Source of the DNA: Octopus sinensis
Taxonomy: Eukaryota
Reading direction: 5' to 3'
Assembly (NCBI RefSeq): GCF_006345805.1
Contig: NC_043004.1
Coordinates: 65,720,001 to 65,784,000, forward strand
DNA: 64,000 nucleotides
A program made the translations under genes and the position numbers. This document shows positions 39,457 through 53,684 of the stretch, one piece after another (position 1 is the first letter of the stretch; each line of letters begins with the position of its first letter). The notes beneath the pieces are model-generated. The model was not told where the DNA came from. It made no database searches and saw only the letters and a list, made by a program, of their open reading frames with translations.

Positions 39457-41130
39457 CTAGCATTATGACCCGTCGTTGCCGACTCATAGTGCTAGTGCAT
39501 GTATATATGTGTATATATATGTGTACATATTACATGTACATCTTTATATATATATACATCTACACATAAAATACAAAATACAAAGTTATATCTTGATATC
39601 ACTAGTGATAACAATACTCAAAATATATAACAAACTGGAATCTTCCAATTTCAATCAGCTGTATCTTGTCCGCCCTCTTGTATAGAAGTGTGGCTACAAT
39701 CCAGCCTACCTCTACTTCTGGGGGGACATTTTTAATTTTTATCCTGGACGTTCTACGTCCCAGATATAAAGGTAAAAATAAAATATTTCCACTTTGCAAG
39801 GTTCGAGTCGAGTACTCCCTTGCACGCTCCGTTGACTCGAACCTTGCTTCTATTGTGGCGAATTTACCGCCTCTAGTTAGATATCTTTCATAGTCGCACC
39901 AAGACACTTTTCGATAGTGCTTTCCTCCAGGTGTTCAGATCATTTTTTTGTCTACATTGTATACTTTATAGATAATAGTCTTTTCTTTAATTTTATTTTT
40001 TATTTCGTTTGGTGGTGTTATCCTCGATTCACCGTCTTTGTCGGTGATCAATCCATATTTCTTCCATTTTAATTTCAATGTGTTCGGGCCCACCGACGGC
40101 TGCAGCGAAATTCATCGAAGACATTTTTAACAAAAATGCTTCCGTGTAAACGGTGAAAATATCGTCAATTTCCCCAAACAGGGACACAATTCAATTTTTA
40201 AACAATAACCAAAGCTCCTTCTCCCAAAAGGGGTGGGTTACAGTTTACAATTATTTAACAAATGCAACACAACAAAGTTTCCTTTACGAGGAACCAACAA
40301 ACATGATAACAAGAGTTAAACTAATAATAATAACAACAAACCTTACGATGAGCCCGAAAGCAGTAAGCAGTTGAAGCTTTAGTCCTTTATGTATTAGAAA
40401 TAAACCAACAGCAGTATTCTTTAGGAGCGGCTGTTCGAGAAACAGATATTACATGCAGCCAAACTTCATATAGATACTTAATGCTGGCTAATTAGCGGAT
40501 AATCTAATGTAAAAGCACAGCTCCATCTGGACTATTCCATTTCTGCACGCTAATTTTATTTTTAATTTATTCACATTCATGTGAAACCACTTATTCAAGT
40601 TCAAGTCATTGATAAATTTTATACCAATTGCTATTTTTACTTTTGTTATGTTGCGATTATATTATACTTTAGTTTGATTTTAATTATTACTTACTACATA
40701 TAATTCAGTTGTTATTATTATTTTTATTGTTAAAGTGAAAGAATCTGACATAAAATAGAGAAATGTTTTTGTTTCACTTTTAACACGTAATACTGAAATA
40801 GTGGAGAAGATATGATATTGCTGTGGGCTCGCTCTAGGCAAGAAGTTGAACATTATTTTTTTGCCCATGAAACTACATGTGTAAAATTTGAATGAAATTG
40901 GTTGTGTAGTTCTCAAGTTTTAGGGAATCGTCGTGGAGAACATATGATATTGCTGTGAGCTCGCCCTAGGCAAAAAGTTAAAATTGTTTTTGCCGATGAC
41001 ACTCCCCGGACTCTAAGTACGGCATGTTAAAAATTTGAATGAAATTGGTTGTGTAGTTCTCAGGTTTTAGGGAAACACACAGACAGACAGACAGACACAC
41101 ATTCTCAGTTATATATATATATATATATAT
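39457..41130 (-). mobile_element. Non-autonomous Helitron-type element with internal tandem duplication
   Basis: 3' end gtcggcaacgacgggtcataatgCTAG|T at 39457-39497; Helitron-like 5' body with (gtct)n and accaatttcattcaaattt; ~130-bp duplication 40800-40928/40933-41073. Continuity of the two ends is inferred. Confidence 0.6.
39605..40124 (-). pseudogene. L1/Tx1-like ORF1 N-terminal remnant
   Basis: MSSMNFAAAVGGP...PPNEIKNKIKEKTIIYKVYNV...RYLTRGGKFATIEARF...ILFLPLYLGRRTSRIKIKNVPPEVEVGWIVATL; aligns with 950-1320. Confidence 0.75.
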
Positions 41131-41719
41131 ATAAATGTGTGTGTTTGTGTGTGTGTATAAATGCAAATGTTTGTACGTATGAATGCATGTTTGTATATTT
41201 GTATGAATGCATGCATGTATGTATGTATGTATGTATGTATGTATGTATATATGTATGTGTATATGTATGCAAGCATGCATGTATGTAAATGCTCAAGGAC
41301 TTGGACTTAGAATCCTATAAATGCCGAAACATTGAATTTTAACTTTCATAGACATAAGTCCTATGAACTGCAGTTCGAAATCATCTGACCAGCGTACCAA
41401 GAAACAGCAAAAATGCGCGCACGTGTGGGCGAGCGCACACACACACGCACACACACACATATACACACACAAACACACACACACACACACATACACACAC
41501 ACGCACACTTAAATGTACTTCTTGCGGTGTGTGCAAGGAGCAGTGCCCCTTATGACTGACACTGATCTTGTTCTGTATAAATTGTTACAGGCTAACAAGC
41601 TCGTAGATATCATGAGCAATTATTGCTCCCCATTAATAGTAATAATGTTCATCTCTACTATAGTCACAATGTCTGAAATTTGCTGGGCGGATGAGGGGAG
41701 GCAAATCATTGAAATCGAG

Positions 41720-42340
41720 CCCATTGTTTCAATTTATCGACCCCGAAAGTTTGAAAGTTGAGCACGGCGGAATTTGAAATCCGTCTTCATATTTTCAGTT
41801 CAAATTCCCATGAGGTCGACTTTGCCTTTCATCCTTTTGGGGTCGATGAATTAAGTACCAGTGGAATACTGGGGTCGATGCAATCAAGTAGTCCCCGCCC
41901 GCTAAATTTCAGGCCTTGTGCCTATAGCAGAAAAGATAATTCCTATTATTAAATCCAGGTTCCAACCCGGGTTGGAGCAACAAATTCTAACCGCCACGTT
42001 TCTCGGGTCATCACCACTCTCTCGATGTCCTTGATACATTTCAGTCCAGTGTTTGCAATCTAGTTGTTGGTGTTAGTGTGACGACCATTTCCTCTTCTTA
42101 CTTGTGGGTTCCACTGGACTAATGTAGATGCTTCCAGCTCAGTGTGGCGCACGCAGTGACGAGATAGTCGCAGCTGACTTTGCCTGAACTACTCGTTAAT
42201 TTTACTTTTTGTGTTCAATTTCTGCCTTTCATCCTTTCAGGGTCGATGAAAAAAGTACCAGTTAGGTACTGGTTTCAATGAAAGCGACTAGCCCCGATCC
42301 CTTAAATTTCAAGCCTTTCGTTTAGAATAAAAAGGATATC
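41720..42340. mobile_element. Cluster of SINE fragments of the 58444 family
   Basis: gaggtcgactttgcctttcatcctttt.ggggtcgatgaattaagtaccag at ~41812 and a related copy at ~42220. Confidence 0.7.
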
Positions 42341-42729
42341 ACGTGAAACAGACAAGTATTTCAGAAGCGGCATAATTACGATTAGTAATTCTAAGGAAGA
42401 GTATTCAATTTGGTTCAGAATTCCTTTTATATAACTACGAGCATGAATTAAGCTAATATATTCTCCGAAAGAATATATGCATCTCAGTCTATTGCAGTCA
42501 TTCTTCTATCAGCCTTTCAATCTAGTGTAAAGAAAAGGTATTAGTCAGACTGTGGTCTTCTGCTTAGTTTATAATTCTCTAACGCTTCGTGAATAAATAA
42601 CTTATTTCAATCGTCTAAGATGTTGCTGGTGAACTAATGGTATTCACCACAATGTATTATTTGGTTAACATTAAAAGAGATTCAACAACATACCATCCAT
42701 CCATCCATCCATCCATATACATATATATA

Positions 42730-42782
<53 letters not shown>

Positions 42783-42988
42783 TCTATATATATAGATTGA
42801 TAGATAGATGTATATGTTGTTGAATATTCATGCATTTATTTGCTTTTATCTCCGGCTATCGCTCGCTAATTGCAAACGTAAGTATATACATACATGCATA
42901 CATACATACAAACATACACACACACATACACACACACGTACACACACACATACACACACAACACAACACACACACACACACCACACCT

Positions 42989-43033
<45 letters not shown>

Positions 43034-43247
43034 TCACCATATGCAGATTGCAAACAAGACATCTCAATCATCCATTATCCATTCCGTATTGAATTGCTAA
43101 TTCCTTTAATTAATACTGAAATCGGAAAAAAATTATTCATTCTATACAGCTTTGTTTTCACTAGTCTCCCTCTCTCACCCCCCCCCCGTCTTTTTCTGTG
43201 TCTGTCTCTGCTTGTCTCTCTCTGTTTCTAAACACACACACACACAC

Positions 43248-43331
<84 letters not shown>

Positions 43332-43477
43332 TAAATATAGGTTTATACATATGGACACATTTGGCCTCTCCTCTCTCTTTCTCATTCTCACCATCTCTCT
43401 TTTTGTATTTACATATATCTGTTTTATATATGGATATGTTATATATAATATATATATATATAATATATATATAATAG

Positions 43478-43514
<37 letters not shown>

Positions 43515-44596
43515 ATACCAGCATCTTATAATGAGTTTAATACTCAAGAATACAATTATACAATTGTATTCCCTTACGTGTTAACGATTCTTTACATTCA
43601 CAGATGTTCTCTATCAGATAGTTCAATATACGACTTATACAGTTAGGCATTCAGATTTATTCACTTATGTTTTCGTTGCTTAAAAAAAAAGAAAAGAGTG
43701 GAACATAACAAGAAATCATATAATCAAACAATATATTATTGCAAGTTGTAAGAGGATTTCCAAGTTGATTGAAGCATGTGAAATTAAATTTATATATAAT
43801 TACACGAATGAAATATGATTTAAAAAAAAATAACAAAGACAACTTCAATGAAGACAAGATGGCAGAGAAGCAAACAAAAGCAAGTTGTATAATATAACTG
43901 TAATTCAACGCAGGGAAGGAAATTAACGTGGAAGATTCGAGCCAACATAGATACTACACCTATGTCATCTGTTCGACTGATGAACGAGTGCGGCCGAGTC
44001 TATTTGAAATAACCCCCTGTTGTATCTAAAATATATTGTGATAAATTTGATTAGGAATGCCGCATCTAAAATGCGTTTGAGCAATGATGTATGTATATGT
44101 ATGTATATATATTATATATATATATTATATATTATATATATATATATATAATAGATATATATATATATATACATATATAATATGTGTTGGGTGTGTGTGT
44201 GTGTATGTTAGTGTGGTGTGCGTGTGTGGTATTTTAAAACAGGACCTGAATACGAAACTTCACGATAAGCCAGATGTATCATTAATAATGAAATGTATTG
44301 TAGAAGGCAATTTGCGGCGGTATTCGTTCAGAGATATAACATGTCTTTTGGATGTGATGTTCATAAAGAAATATCTATTGGAATGTTATAAAAATCTTCA
44401 CAGGAGAGTCTGGTGAGAACTCCAGGTGCATTTCGGCCTAGTTGTGCTTTGTCAATGGGATAAAACACAGAGCCAAAGATGTGCCTAGACAGGATTTGTT
44501 GCCTTCACTGCATGACGATGCCTTCATTGTTATAGCGAAAAATCCCTTGAGTTAATAAAAATCCGTTATGTGAATAGAACAGAATAGAATAAAAAA

Positions 44597-44637
<41 letters not shown>

Positions 44638-44849
44638 TATATATATTATATCTATATATATATATGTATATATATATAATATCAATCGCTATGATAGATC
44701 GTTAGCCACTACACACATTTTTTTCTCTCCTTGTTTCTCTCTTTTTTTCTCTCCATGTTTTCTCTCCTTTTTTTCTCTCTTTTTTTCTCTCCTTGTTTCT
44801 CTCCTTGTTTTTTTTCTGTGTCCCTTTCTGTAGAAGAGCGTAGGCTGCT

Positions 44850-45043
44850 TGTTTCTAATATCGCTTGACTACAGATGCTGGTGTGTTTACGTCCCCGTAA
44901 CTTAGCGGCTCGGATAAAGAGACCGATAAGATAAGTACTAGGCTTGCAGAGAATAAGTCCTGAGGTCGATTTGCTCGACTAAATGCGATGCTCCAGCATG
45001 GTCGCAGTCAAATGACTGAAACAAGCAAAAAAGAGTAAAGAGA
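44850..45043 (+). mobile_element. CORE-type SINE tail half
   Basis: gatgctggtgtgtttacgtccccgtaacttagcgg...gctccagcatggtcgcagtcaaatgactgaaac. Confidence 0.85.
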
Positions 45044-45069
45044 TATGCATATATACAGGGGAGTGCGCT

Positions 45070-45298
45070 CTGTTGCTAAAGTATTAAATGTAGAAAAAAT
45101 GTCAATATTATCTGCAGTCGAAACCATATCTTTCGGACAAGGATAATGAGCAGGGTCACCATCTGACAGTTGTGTCTCCCACAAAGTTATCTTCAACTCG
45201 AACTCGCGTATGCTTTCAAAATACCGTGACAAACTTTTTACGGCCTTGCAGCATTTTGTTCAGATTATTCACGTGCTCTGTAATATCCATGATTAATT
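45070..45298 (-). pseudogene. hAT (Charlie/SPIN-like) transposase fragment
   Basis: MDITEHVNNLNKMLQGRKK...SIREFELKITLWETQLSDGDPAHYPC resembles DI..HLN.LN..LQG...F..KL.LW..QL....HFP. Confidence 0.75.
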
Positions 45299-46567
45299 CT
45301 AAATAAAAAATAAAAAAAATTATTTCAATACAATATTTAAACAAATCTTTAAATAATTTAAGGGAATTTTCCTATTAGAATAACTTTATTATACATTAAA
45401 TTAATGTCGTACTCTTTATAGTTATAAATACAAGAACAAAGACTCCTATTTTATTGACTACGGTTTAAGTCACGAGAAGTGAGTACATGCTTGTTTTCGC
45501 AGTTTTCTGGCGGCTAGTAAGTTTATACTTCATATCAAGATGGGATTCTTATTTAATCAACCAGTTGAAGGAGCGGTTAAATATGCATTTTGCCAAGTAC
45601 AACGCTTAAGTCGTGCCTGGGTATACGAAACGTGTTACAGCAAAATAAATTTCTGATCATGCGTCTCCAATCTTCGCCTATCTTTTAATATACTCTACGA
45701 TTAATACAAGGAACTGAACTGATGTACAAGCACGGATCTAGAAATTGAACTTATCACAGGAAATGAGGAAGTTAAGAGTAAAAATATATGGATTGCTTAG
45801 TAATATGTAGACAATTTAGTTAACTGGATTAAATTTCCACAGTGTGCTTAAAGAGTTATTCGTCTGGATATATTTAATCCTTGATTCCCTTAACAGATAC
45901 ATACACATACGCACACAAATATACAAGAAACAGGCCGTCTGTTATAATGACCACACGTACGTATATAGATACTTACATACACACATACATACATACATAC
46001 ATACATACATACATACATACATACATACATACATACACACATACATACATACATACATACATACACACACACACACTCGCACATGTGTAATTTCATATAC
46101 TCACACATATATACTTAGAGATATATAATTGTTATACAGTACAACATATGTTAAGGCAAAGCAAACATCTCAAGTCTGTTCATTATACTTAGAGATACAT
46201 CGATAAAGATAGACAGAGAAATAGATAGATAGACAGACAGATAGACATAAACACTGACAGACAAAGCAAATTGGTAGCAGATTTATATTGTTAATGTCCA
46301 TAATTATTAATTCTATTAGTTATGTATTCATATCATGTGCATGCGATGACAGTTCTTTCTGTCTTTCTGTAACCATATCTTATGTTACAATTTCTAATCT
46401 GATGCATTAGACAGCACATTAACTGATTCTCTATTTCATGTGTGCAGATATCAATTAGTCAAAAATAACGGAAGTCCTCCCAGCATGCAAGCCTGCAATA
46501 GAATAGAGCTGATACGATCCTTCTTTTCGTTACCTCTTGCTTCTTCTCTCTTCTCTCTCTCTCGTTC

Positions 46568-46611
<44 letters not shown>

Positions 46612-46654
46612 TTGTGCCGTCAGTGTCCAGCCATGTGTGGCTAATAAAGAAACA

Positions 46655-46747
<93 letters not shown>

Positions 46748-46970
46748 GTCTATCTATCTATCTATCTGTCAGTCTGTCTGTCCGTCTGTCTATCTATCTG
46801 TTTGTCTGTCTGTCTGTCTATCTATCTATCGGTTTATACGTGTCTAATTTCATTTGTTTTTGTTTTAATTCTAATATAAACGTCTCAAACTAGAACCACT
46901 CACCAAGTTCCTCTTCTTTGATTATATATTATACATGTATACATATAGACATTCACAAATACAAAAACAT

Positions 46971-47154
46971 GTGGTTGTGTGGTAAGTAGTTTGCTTCCCA
47001 ATCACATGGTTCCGGGTTCAGTCCCACAGCGTGTGACCTTGGGCAAGTGTCTTCTACTTTAGCCACGGGTCGACCAAAGCTTTGTGGATTTCGTAGACGG
47101 AAACTGAATGAAGCCCGTCGTATATATATATATATATATACATATATACATATG

Positions 47155-47233
<79 letters not shown>

Positions 47234-47430
47234 TTGTATCGACACTATCACTTGACAACCAGTGTTGGTGTGTTTACGTACCCGTAACTTGGTTGTTTGG
47301 CAAAACAGACCGATCGAATAATTACTAGGCTTACAAAGAATAAGTCCTGGGGTCGATCTCTTCGACTAAAGGTGGTGCTCCAGCATGGCTGCAGTCAACA
47401 GACTGAAATAAATAAATGAATAAAAGAATA
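46971..47430 (+). mobile_element. Near full-length CORE-type SINE
   Basis: gtggttgtgtggtaagtag..ggttcagtccc..gtgtgaccttgggcaagtg..tail. Confidence 0.9.
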
Positions 47431-47469
47431 TATGCCTGACTGCGTATCTATCTATCTATCTACACTCAC

Positions 47470-47522
<53 letters not shown>

Positions 47523-47790
47523 CGTATTTAAATAATAAGGGTGAAAATTTGAATATTAATTTGATTAATATCAATTTAAAAGCAGTGGCCTAACATATTG
47601 AAATATCTGAAGATTCAGAAAAATTATATCACATACATATCTGTGGGATGACCGTTAAATAGACATCCATTATGCTAGAGGTAGAGCCCATATGATCTGA
47701 CCACTAAGAAAAGATTGTTCTCAAGAAAATACAGTATATGCCAGAATGTAAGCGAGCAAGACAAATGAAAAGATACAAAATACAAAGATT

Positions 47791-47863
47791 AATCACAAAC
47801 CTGGTTTCATTGTTACCACTTACGCAATACCTACGTAAATGTCCGCAAATCATCAGTGTGATC
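47791..47863 (-). ncRNA. Type I hammerhead ribozyme motif
   Basis: gaucaca-CUGAUGA-uuug..uuacguag-gua-uugcguaa..caau-GAAA-ccagg-UU-ugugauu. Confidence 0.8.
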
Positions 47864-48305
47864 GTCATAGCAAAATATAATTTGCAGAACTTTACACGAG
47901 ATGTCCGCATGAGATTGAACATGCATGTAGTTCTACCAATTACATTTGTGGATATATTTCAAAAGTTTTCGATTTGGCGCACCAAAATACCGGAAATAAT
48001 TTTGCAGAAATTAATTTTCTGCAGCGAAATTTGCCGGTTAGAGAACATTGTTATTTAAATTTGAATAATAAAGGTGAAAAATTGAATATAAATTGGATTA
48101 ATATCAATTTACAAGCAGTGGTCTAGCATATTGAAAAATCTGAAGATTCAGAAAATTATATTACATACATATAAGAAGTATGACCACTAAGTGGTCATCC
48201 ATTATGCTTGAGTTAGACCCCATAAGATCAGACCACTAAGAAAATATTGTTCTCAAAGAAATTGAGCAAACGCCAGAATGTAAATGAACAAGACAAATGA
48301 AAAGA

Positions 48306-48372
48306 TACACTGATGAATTGCGGACATTTACGTAAGTATTACGTAAGGGGTAACAATGAAACCGGGTTTGTG
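48306..48372 (+). ncRNA. Type I hammerhead ribozyme motif (inverted copy)
   Basis: taca-ctgatga-attg..ttacgtaa-gta-ttacgtaa..caat-gaaa-ccggg-tt-tgtg. Confidence 0.75.
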
Positions 48373-48497
48373 ATTAATCTTTATATTTTGTATCTTTTGA
48401 TTTGTCTTGCTCGCTTACGTTCTGGTGTTTGCTGAATTGAACCAATACATGTGTTAATGATATTGAGATAATGACGCTCCTTAGACGACAAAATTCT

Positions 48498-48597
48498 NNN
48501 NNNNNNNNNNNNNNNNNNNNNNNNNNNNNNNNNNNNNNNNNNNNNNNNNNNNNNNNNNNNNNNNNNNNNNNNNNNNNNNNNNNNNNNNNNNNNNNNN
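48498..48597. other. Assembly gap (100 N)
   Basis: Run of n. Confidence 1.
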
Positions 48598-48603
48598 TAT
48601 AAT

Positions 48604-48666
<63 letters not shown>

Positions 48667-48953
48667 ATATATAGATGTGTACTGAATATAAATATGAAAT
48701 TGTCTGAAGAGATCCATGTATGTTGATCACTTCGGAGAGCAATCCGTCTTGCTCAAGACAAATATTGAACGCTATATATCTTAATGATCAATCATATTTA
48801 GAACTGTCAAACCAGATATTTATACGCGAATGGAAGAAGGAACCACATTGACATTTTCTCAGGACCCAACAGAGCTTTCTTGAATTTATATATTCAAATA
48901 TGAATGCATTCTTGCCATTATGCATAATATGAAATAGGTATATCTTATATATT

Positions 48954-48997
<44 letters not shown>

Positions 48998-49440
48998 CGA
49001 TATATGTGTGTATATATGTATATATATTTGTATACATGTTCATTATATATATACAAATATACATATGTATACACATATATATATACAAGTATGCATATAT
49101 ATATGCATATATATATATGTTTATATAGTCATGTATATCTGTATCTATATAATATGTGTATTTGTAGGTGTGAGTTGGTGTATGTTATTGTGCGTGCGTT
49201 CCACAGGTGTATGTGCGTGAGTGTAAGTTTATATGCGAATGGGAAAGAGGCGAAAGTTTTCGGTTAAACTTTTCCATTCACATAGTTACGTGATTATGGA
49301 AAAAATACAAATACGTAGAAGCCGTTTAGACAAATATATTCGATTTTAATTATTTGTTATATGCAGTCGAATATAGTATAATATAATGTACACATACATA
49401 CACACAAGCACACACTTGTTATGTATATAGATATATAATA

Positions 49441-49471
<31 letters not shown>

Positions 49472-49665
49472 ATAATATATATATATATATATATAATATT
49501 ATATGTATATAGATATATATATATGTATATATATATGTATATATATTATATATGATATAGGTATATATATATGTATATATTGATATATATTAGTGTATAT
49601 ATGTATATATATATATATTATATATATATATATATGTATATATGTATATATATATATATATATAA

Positions 49666-49702
<37 letters not shown>

Positions 49703-49707
49703 TATAT

Positions 49708-49740
<33 letters not shown>

Positions 49741-49787
49741 GTTTTATATATATATATCTGTCAATATAATATGTGACAAGTATCCGG

Positions 49788-49861
49788 TAGCCATGATAAA
49801 ACTCCGAGTTTCGTATGTCGGGGCGGAAACCCACGCCGGCGTCTCTTCAGTTATCTGGCCA
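49788..49861 (-). ncRNA. Type I hammerhead ribozyme motif
   Basis: uggcca-gauaa-CUGAAGA-(GC-rich stem II)-GAAA-cucggag-UU-uuauc-a-uggcua. Confidence 0.78.
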
Positions 49862-49898
49862 TCGAAAAAAACAAATATATATATATACATATATGTAT

Positions 49899-50272
49899 GC
49901 AGGCGTGGCTGTGCGATAAGACGATTGCTTCATAAACTCATGTTTGGAGGTTCAGTCCCATTGCGTAGCACTTTCGGCAAATTTCTTCTACTAAAGCATT
50001 GTGTGTGGATTTGGTAGACGGAAACCGAAAGAATTCGTATATGTACATATATGTCTTAGTTCGTGTGTTTTTGCTACTGTGTTTTTATCCCCACCAGCGC
50101 TTGACAGCCGGTGCACTGTGTGTTTATGTACCCGTAACTTAGTAGTTTGGCAAAGCAGACTAATAGAATAAGTACCAGGTGTTTTTAAGCAATAATTAGA
50201 TCGATAAATTTGACTAAAAATTCAACAAGGTGGTGCCTCAGCATGGCCTCAGTCTAATGACAAGTAAAAGAC
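49899..50272 (+). mobile_element. Degenerate CORE-type SINE
   Basis: ggttcagtccc, ggatttggtagacggaaac and tail motifs. Confidence 0.75.
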
Positions 50273-50364
50273 AATATATATATATTATATATATAGAATA
50301 TATGTATATATATTTATGTCTATCTATCTATCTCTCTCTATATATATCTATACATATATATATA

Positions 50365-50528
50365 TACGACGGGCTTCTTTCAGTTTCCGTCTACCAAATC
50401 TACTCACAAGGCTTTGGTCGATCCTGGGCTATAGTAGAAGACACTTGCTCAAGATGCCACGCAGTGGGATTGAAACCGGAACCATGTGGTTGGTAAGCAA
50501 GCTACTTGCCACACAGCCACTTCTGCGC
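50365..50528 (-). mobile_element. CORE-type SINE head half
   Basis: Reverse complement of the family head. Confidence 0.88.
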
Positions 50529-51545
50529 ATATGTATGTATGTATGTGTCCACATAAACCTATTCATTCAGATCCCGTGACCGTTTGTAGGGTCTGGTAGG
50601 CAGGGGAGAAGAAGAGACAAAATTATCTTCATTTGAATTCATCCTGAAACCGGAAATCTGGTTCAGATACTTGCAACAGAGTGAATTCCGGCAAAGGCTC
50701 TCAACGACAAATTAAGATTAGCAATTTAAGAATTTAATTTGTAAAAGCTACAACCGACTAGTATGAACACCAATCCGGTGCATCAATAATTTCCTCGATA
50801 TATCAACCATGACTGTCAGTTTCTCGAATCTGCCAGTCCACAAAATAAATGTAAACGATGTTTCTCTGTCCGCTACGTTTTTATGTTCGTTAAATCTTCC
50901 TAGACCGTTGGGACATTGAAACTCAAATCAGCAACTCTCCTAACACCAGGGAATGTCCTAAGGTGGGTGGGATCTATTTTTAGGGCGCTTAATTGGGAAT
51001 CCACTGACCCCACCTATTCTTACTGCATTTTAAACTAACTACATCGCATTGGCGACGAAATCGGAGCAATGACAATGAGTTTCATGCCATGAAATCTCAG
51101 GGAGTACCGTAAGGAGGTTCAATTTCGGAAGGGCCACTTAAATAGAGCCACATTGAGCCCCCTACTTTTACTGTATTTACCTCATTCCTACGATTAATTC
51201 CCAACACGCCAGCTGAATTCAATTCGTCTCCAGTCGAAAGACGCCTGTTGTTATGTCCTGTTATTATTATTATTATTATTGTGTTTTTGTATTACTTTTG
51301 TATTTATATTCGTGTAACATCGTCCATTTTTCCGTCCTTGTTTCGTATACATTCGAAGCTTTTTTTCCAAGGAATCTAATGCTCTTAGCTTAGTTCTTCC
51401 TTGGGGCTGGCCAGATTGGAGCAATCTCAAGATTAATCAGCCGAAATTGCGAGGATGATCCGGTTCTTGACTGAAGATTAAAGGCTTTGAATGGCCCGTC
51501 CATGTTTTGCGTTCGTGTCCATTTTCTATTGATATATATTATATA

Positions 51546-51614
<69 letters not shown>

Positions 51615-51679
51615 TATATATATAATAAATATATATGTATGTATATATAGGTGTGTGTTGTGTGTCCGTGTGTGTGTGA

Positions 51680-52005
51680 AAGCGCATGGCTCAGTGGTTA
51701 GAGCGTCGGGCTTACAATCGTGGAGTTGTGAGCTCGAATCCCCGACCGGGCTGCGTGTTGTGTTCTTTAGCAAAACACTTTATTTCAGTTTACTTAGCGG
51801 TAGAAATGAGTTGCGACGTTCCAGGTGACAAGCTGTGTCGGCCTTTGCCTTTCCCTTGGATAATACTGGTGGCGTGGAGAGGGGAGACCGGTATGCATGA
51901 GCGACGGTTACGCGCCCATAAACAACCTTGCTCAGACATTTTGCTGGGAGGGGTATTGTTCTAGGCGTAATCCCATGGTCAGTCATGACCGAAGGGGGGG
52001 TCATT
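51680..52005 (+). mobile_element. tRNA-derived SINE
   Basis: tggctcagtggttagagcg (A box)...gagctcgaatccc (B-like); body shared with 36290 and 63065 copies. Confidence 0.82.
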
Positions 52006-52016
52006 ATATACACACA

Positions 52017-52067
<51 letters not shown>

Positions 52068-52075
52068 ATATATAT

Positions 52076-52119
<44 letters not shown>

Positions 52120-52195
52120 TATTTGTATGCATGTATGTGTCTATATATATACAATATACAATATATATATATATATATATAAACACACATACACG

Positions 52196-52229
<34 letters not shown>

Positions 52230-52787
52230 TCACATGTATATATATATAGGTATCCATATATATATACATGCATATATATACATATGCATGTAAAAACATG
52301 TATATATATATGTATACACATATACACACGTTTATACATGCATAAGTATATTTATATTTATATTTCTGTGTAATTATATATATATACATATGTATGTATA
52401 TGTATTTGTTCATATATGGGTCTATTATCAGGCACACACATATAATGAGTAATAAGAAAGCCGTCAGCTATATTTCCGCATAATCCATAATTAAAAAACG
52501 AAAGCAGTAGATGAGGATACACACGTTCATATAGCCATGTTTCCGTTGTATGTTTACTATTATGCTACAAGCCAGTCTAATTTCCTGTTATCAGCGCCAT
52601 CTACAGGTGACATTGAAAGTCTACCCTCTTTGGATATATATAGCACATTCTTTCCCAATAGCCTTTTTTCTGTTTTGATCTACTTTTTCCATTTATTTTC
52701 TATACGCAAATGAAGTAATAATAGGCTTCTATATTCTTAAACAATTTGTACGTACGATCAGGCATATTTCTACAGACATACAGTCGT

Positions 52788-52825
<38 letters not shown>

Positions 52826-53140
52826 CTATATATATATATATATATATATAACTGTATACTTCTGTGTCCATATATAGATATATGCTCAAACGCACACTCG
52901 CATATATAGACATGTACACACAAGCATTTATATATATATAATATATATATATTATATAAAAGGGCTTAGTAAAATAAATTACTTTGCCGCATACTGACTC
53001 ATTAGAAATAGCAGCTAAAAAACTTTTTTAAAGCTATTTCTAATACTTAAAGAAAATATCTCTCATATATAGTGTTTGCTTAATTCAACTCACAAAAGTT
53101 TGGGGGTAAGGACATCGAAAAATCAAATGCTAAGGTTATT

Positions 53141-53193
53141 TGAGAACGTACGTTTCAAGATTAGTCAAAAACAACACTTCTATCATCAGCTCA
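53141..53193 (-). ncRNA. Hammerhead motif, array copy 1
   Basis: ugag-CUGAUGA-uagaaguguuguuuuugacuaaucuu-GAAA-cguacg-UU-cuca. Confidence 0.7.
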
Positions 53194-53684
53194 GAAATTC
53201 CTTGGTTTGGATTTGGAAACACTGAAAATAAGAACATACCCTTCGAAGATCTGCCCGTAACTAACAGTGCCAACAAATTCAAATAAGCAAGCGAAGAATC
53301 TCTGTTTCCCCTTTCCACCAGCGTGGGTAAAAAACATCAAACACTATGCTTATTTCGGTAAAATCCGAAGCATTAATCAGAGGGAGATTAATTATAATTT
53401 CAACAATTGAGGGCAAAATTAATTAATTATTAATCAATTTCACCAAGTGTTCAGTATGCAAAGGGACCATTCAAGGCAATTCAAATTATTACATTATAAT
53501 AAAGGGCTTAGTAAAATAAATTACTTGCCGCACGCATACTGAACTCATTAGAAATAGCAGCTAAAAAACTTTTTTAAAGCTATTTCTAATACTTAAAGAA
53601 AATCTCTCTCATATATAGTGTTGCTTAATTCAACTCACAAAAGTTGGGAGTAAGGACATCGAAAAATCAAATGCTAAGGTTATT

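Larger units (their letters stand above)
47525..48440. mobile_element. Family B hammerhead element: ~533-bp monomer, partial tandem copy and inverted copy
   Basis: Unit restarts at ~48064; strand switch at 48306-48309. Confidence 0.85.

Noticed and set aside
43950-44030. ctgatga...gaaa motif
   Set aside because: Stems I and III do not pair next to the core
51680-51752. tRNA-like head
   Set aside because: No closed cloverleaf and it continues into a SINE body, so not a tRNA gene
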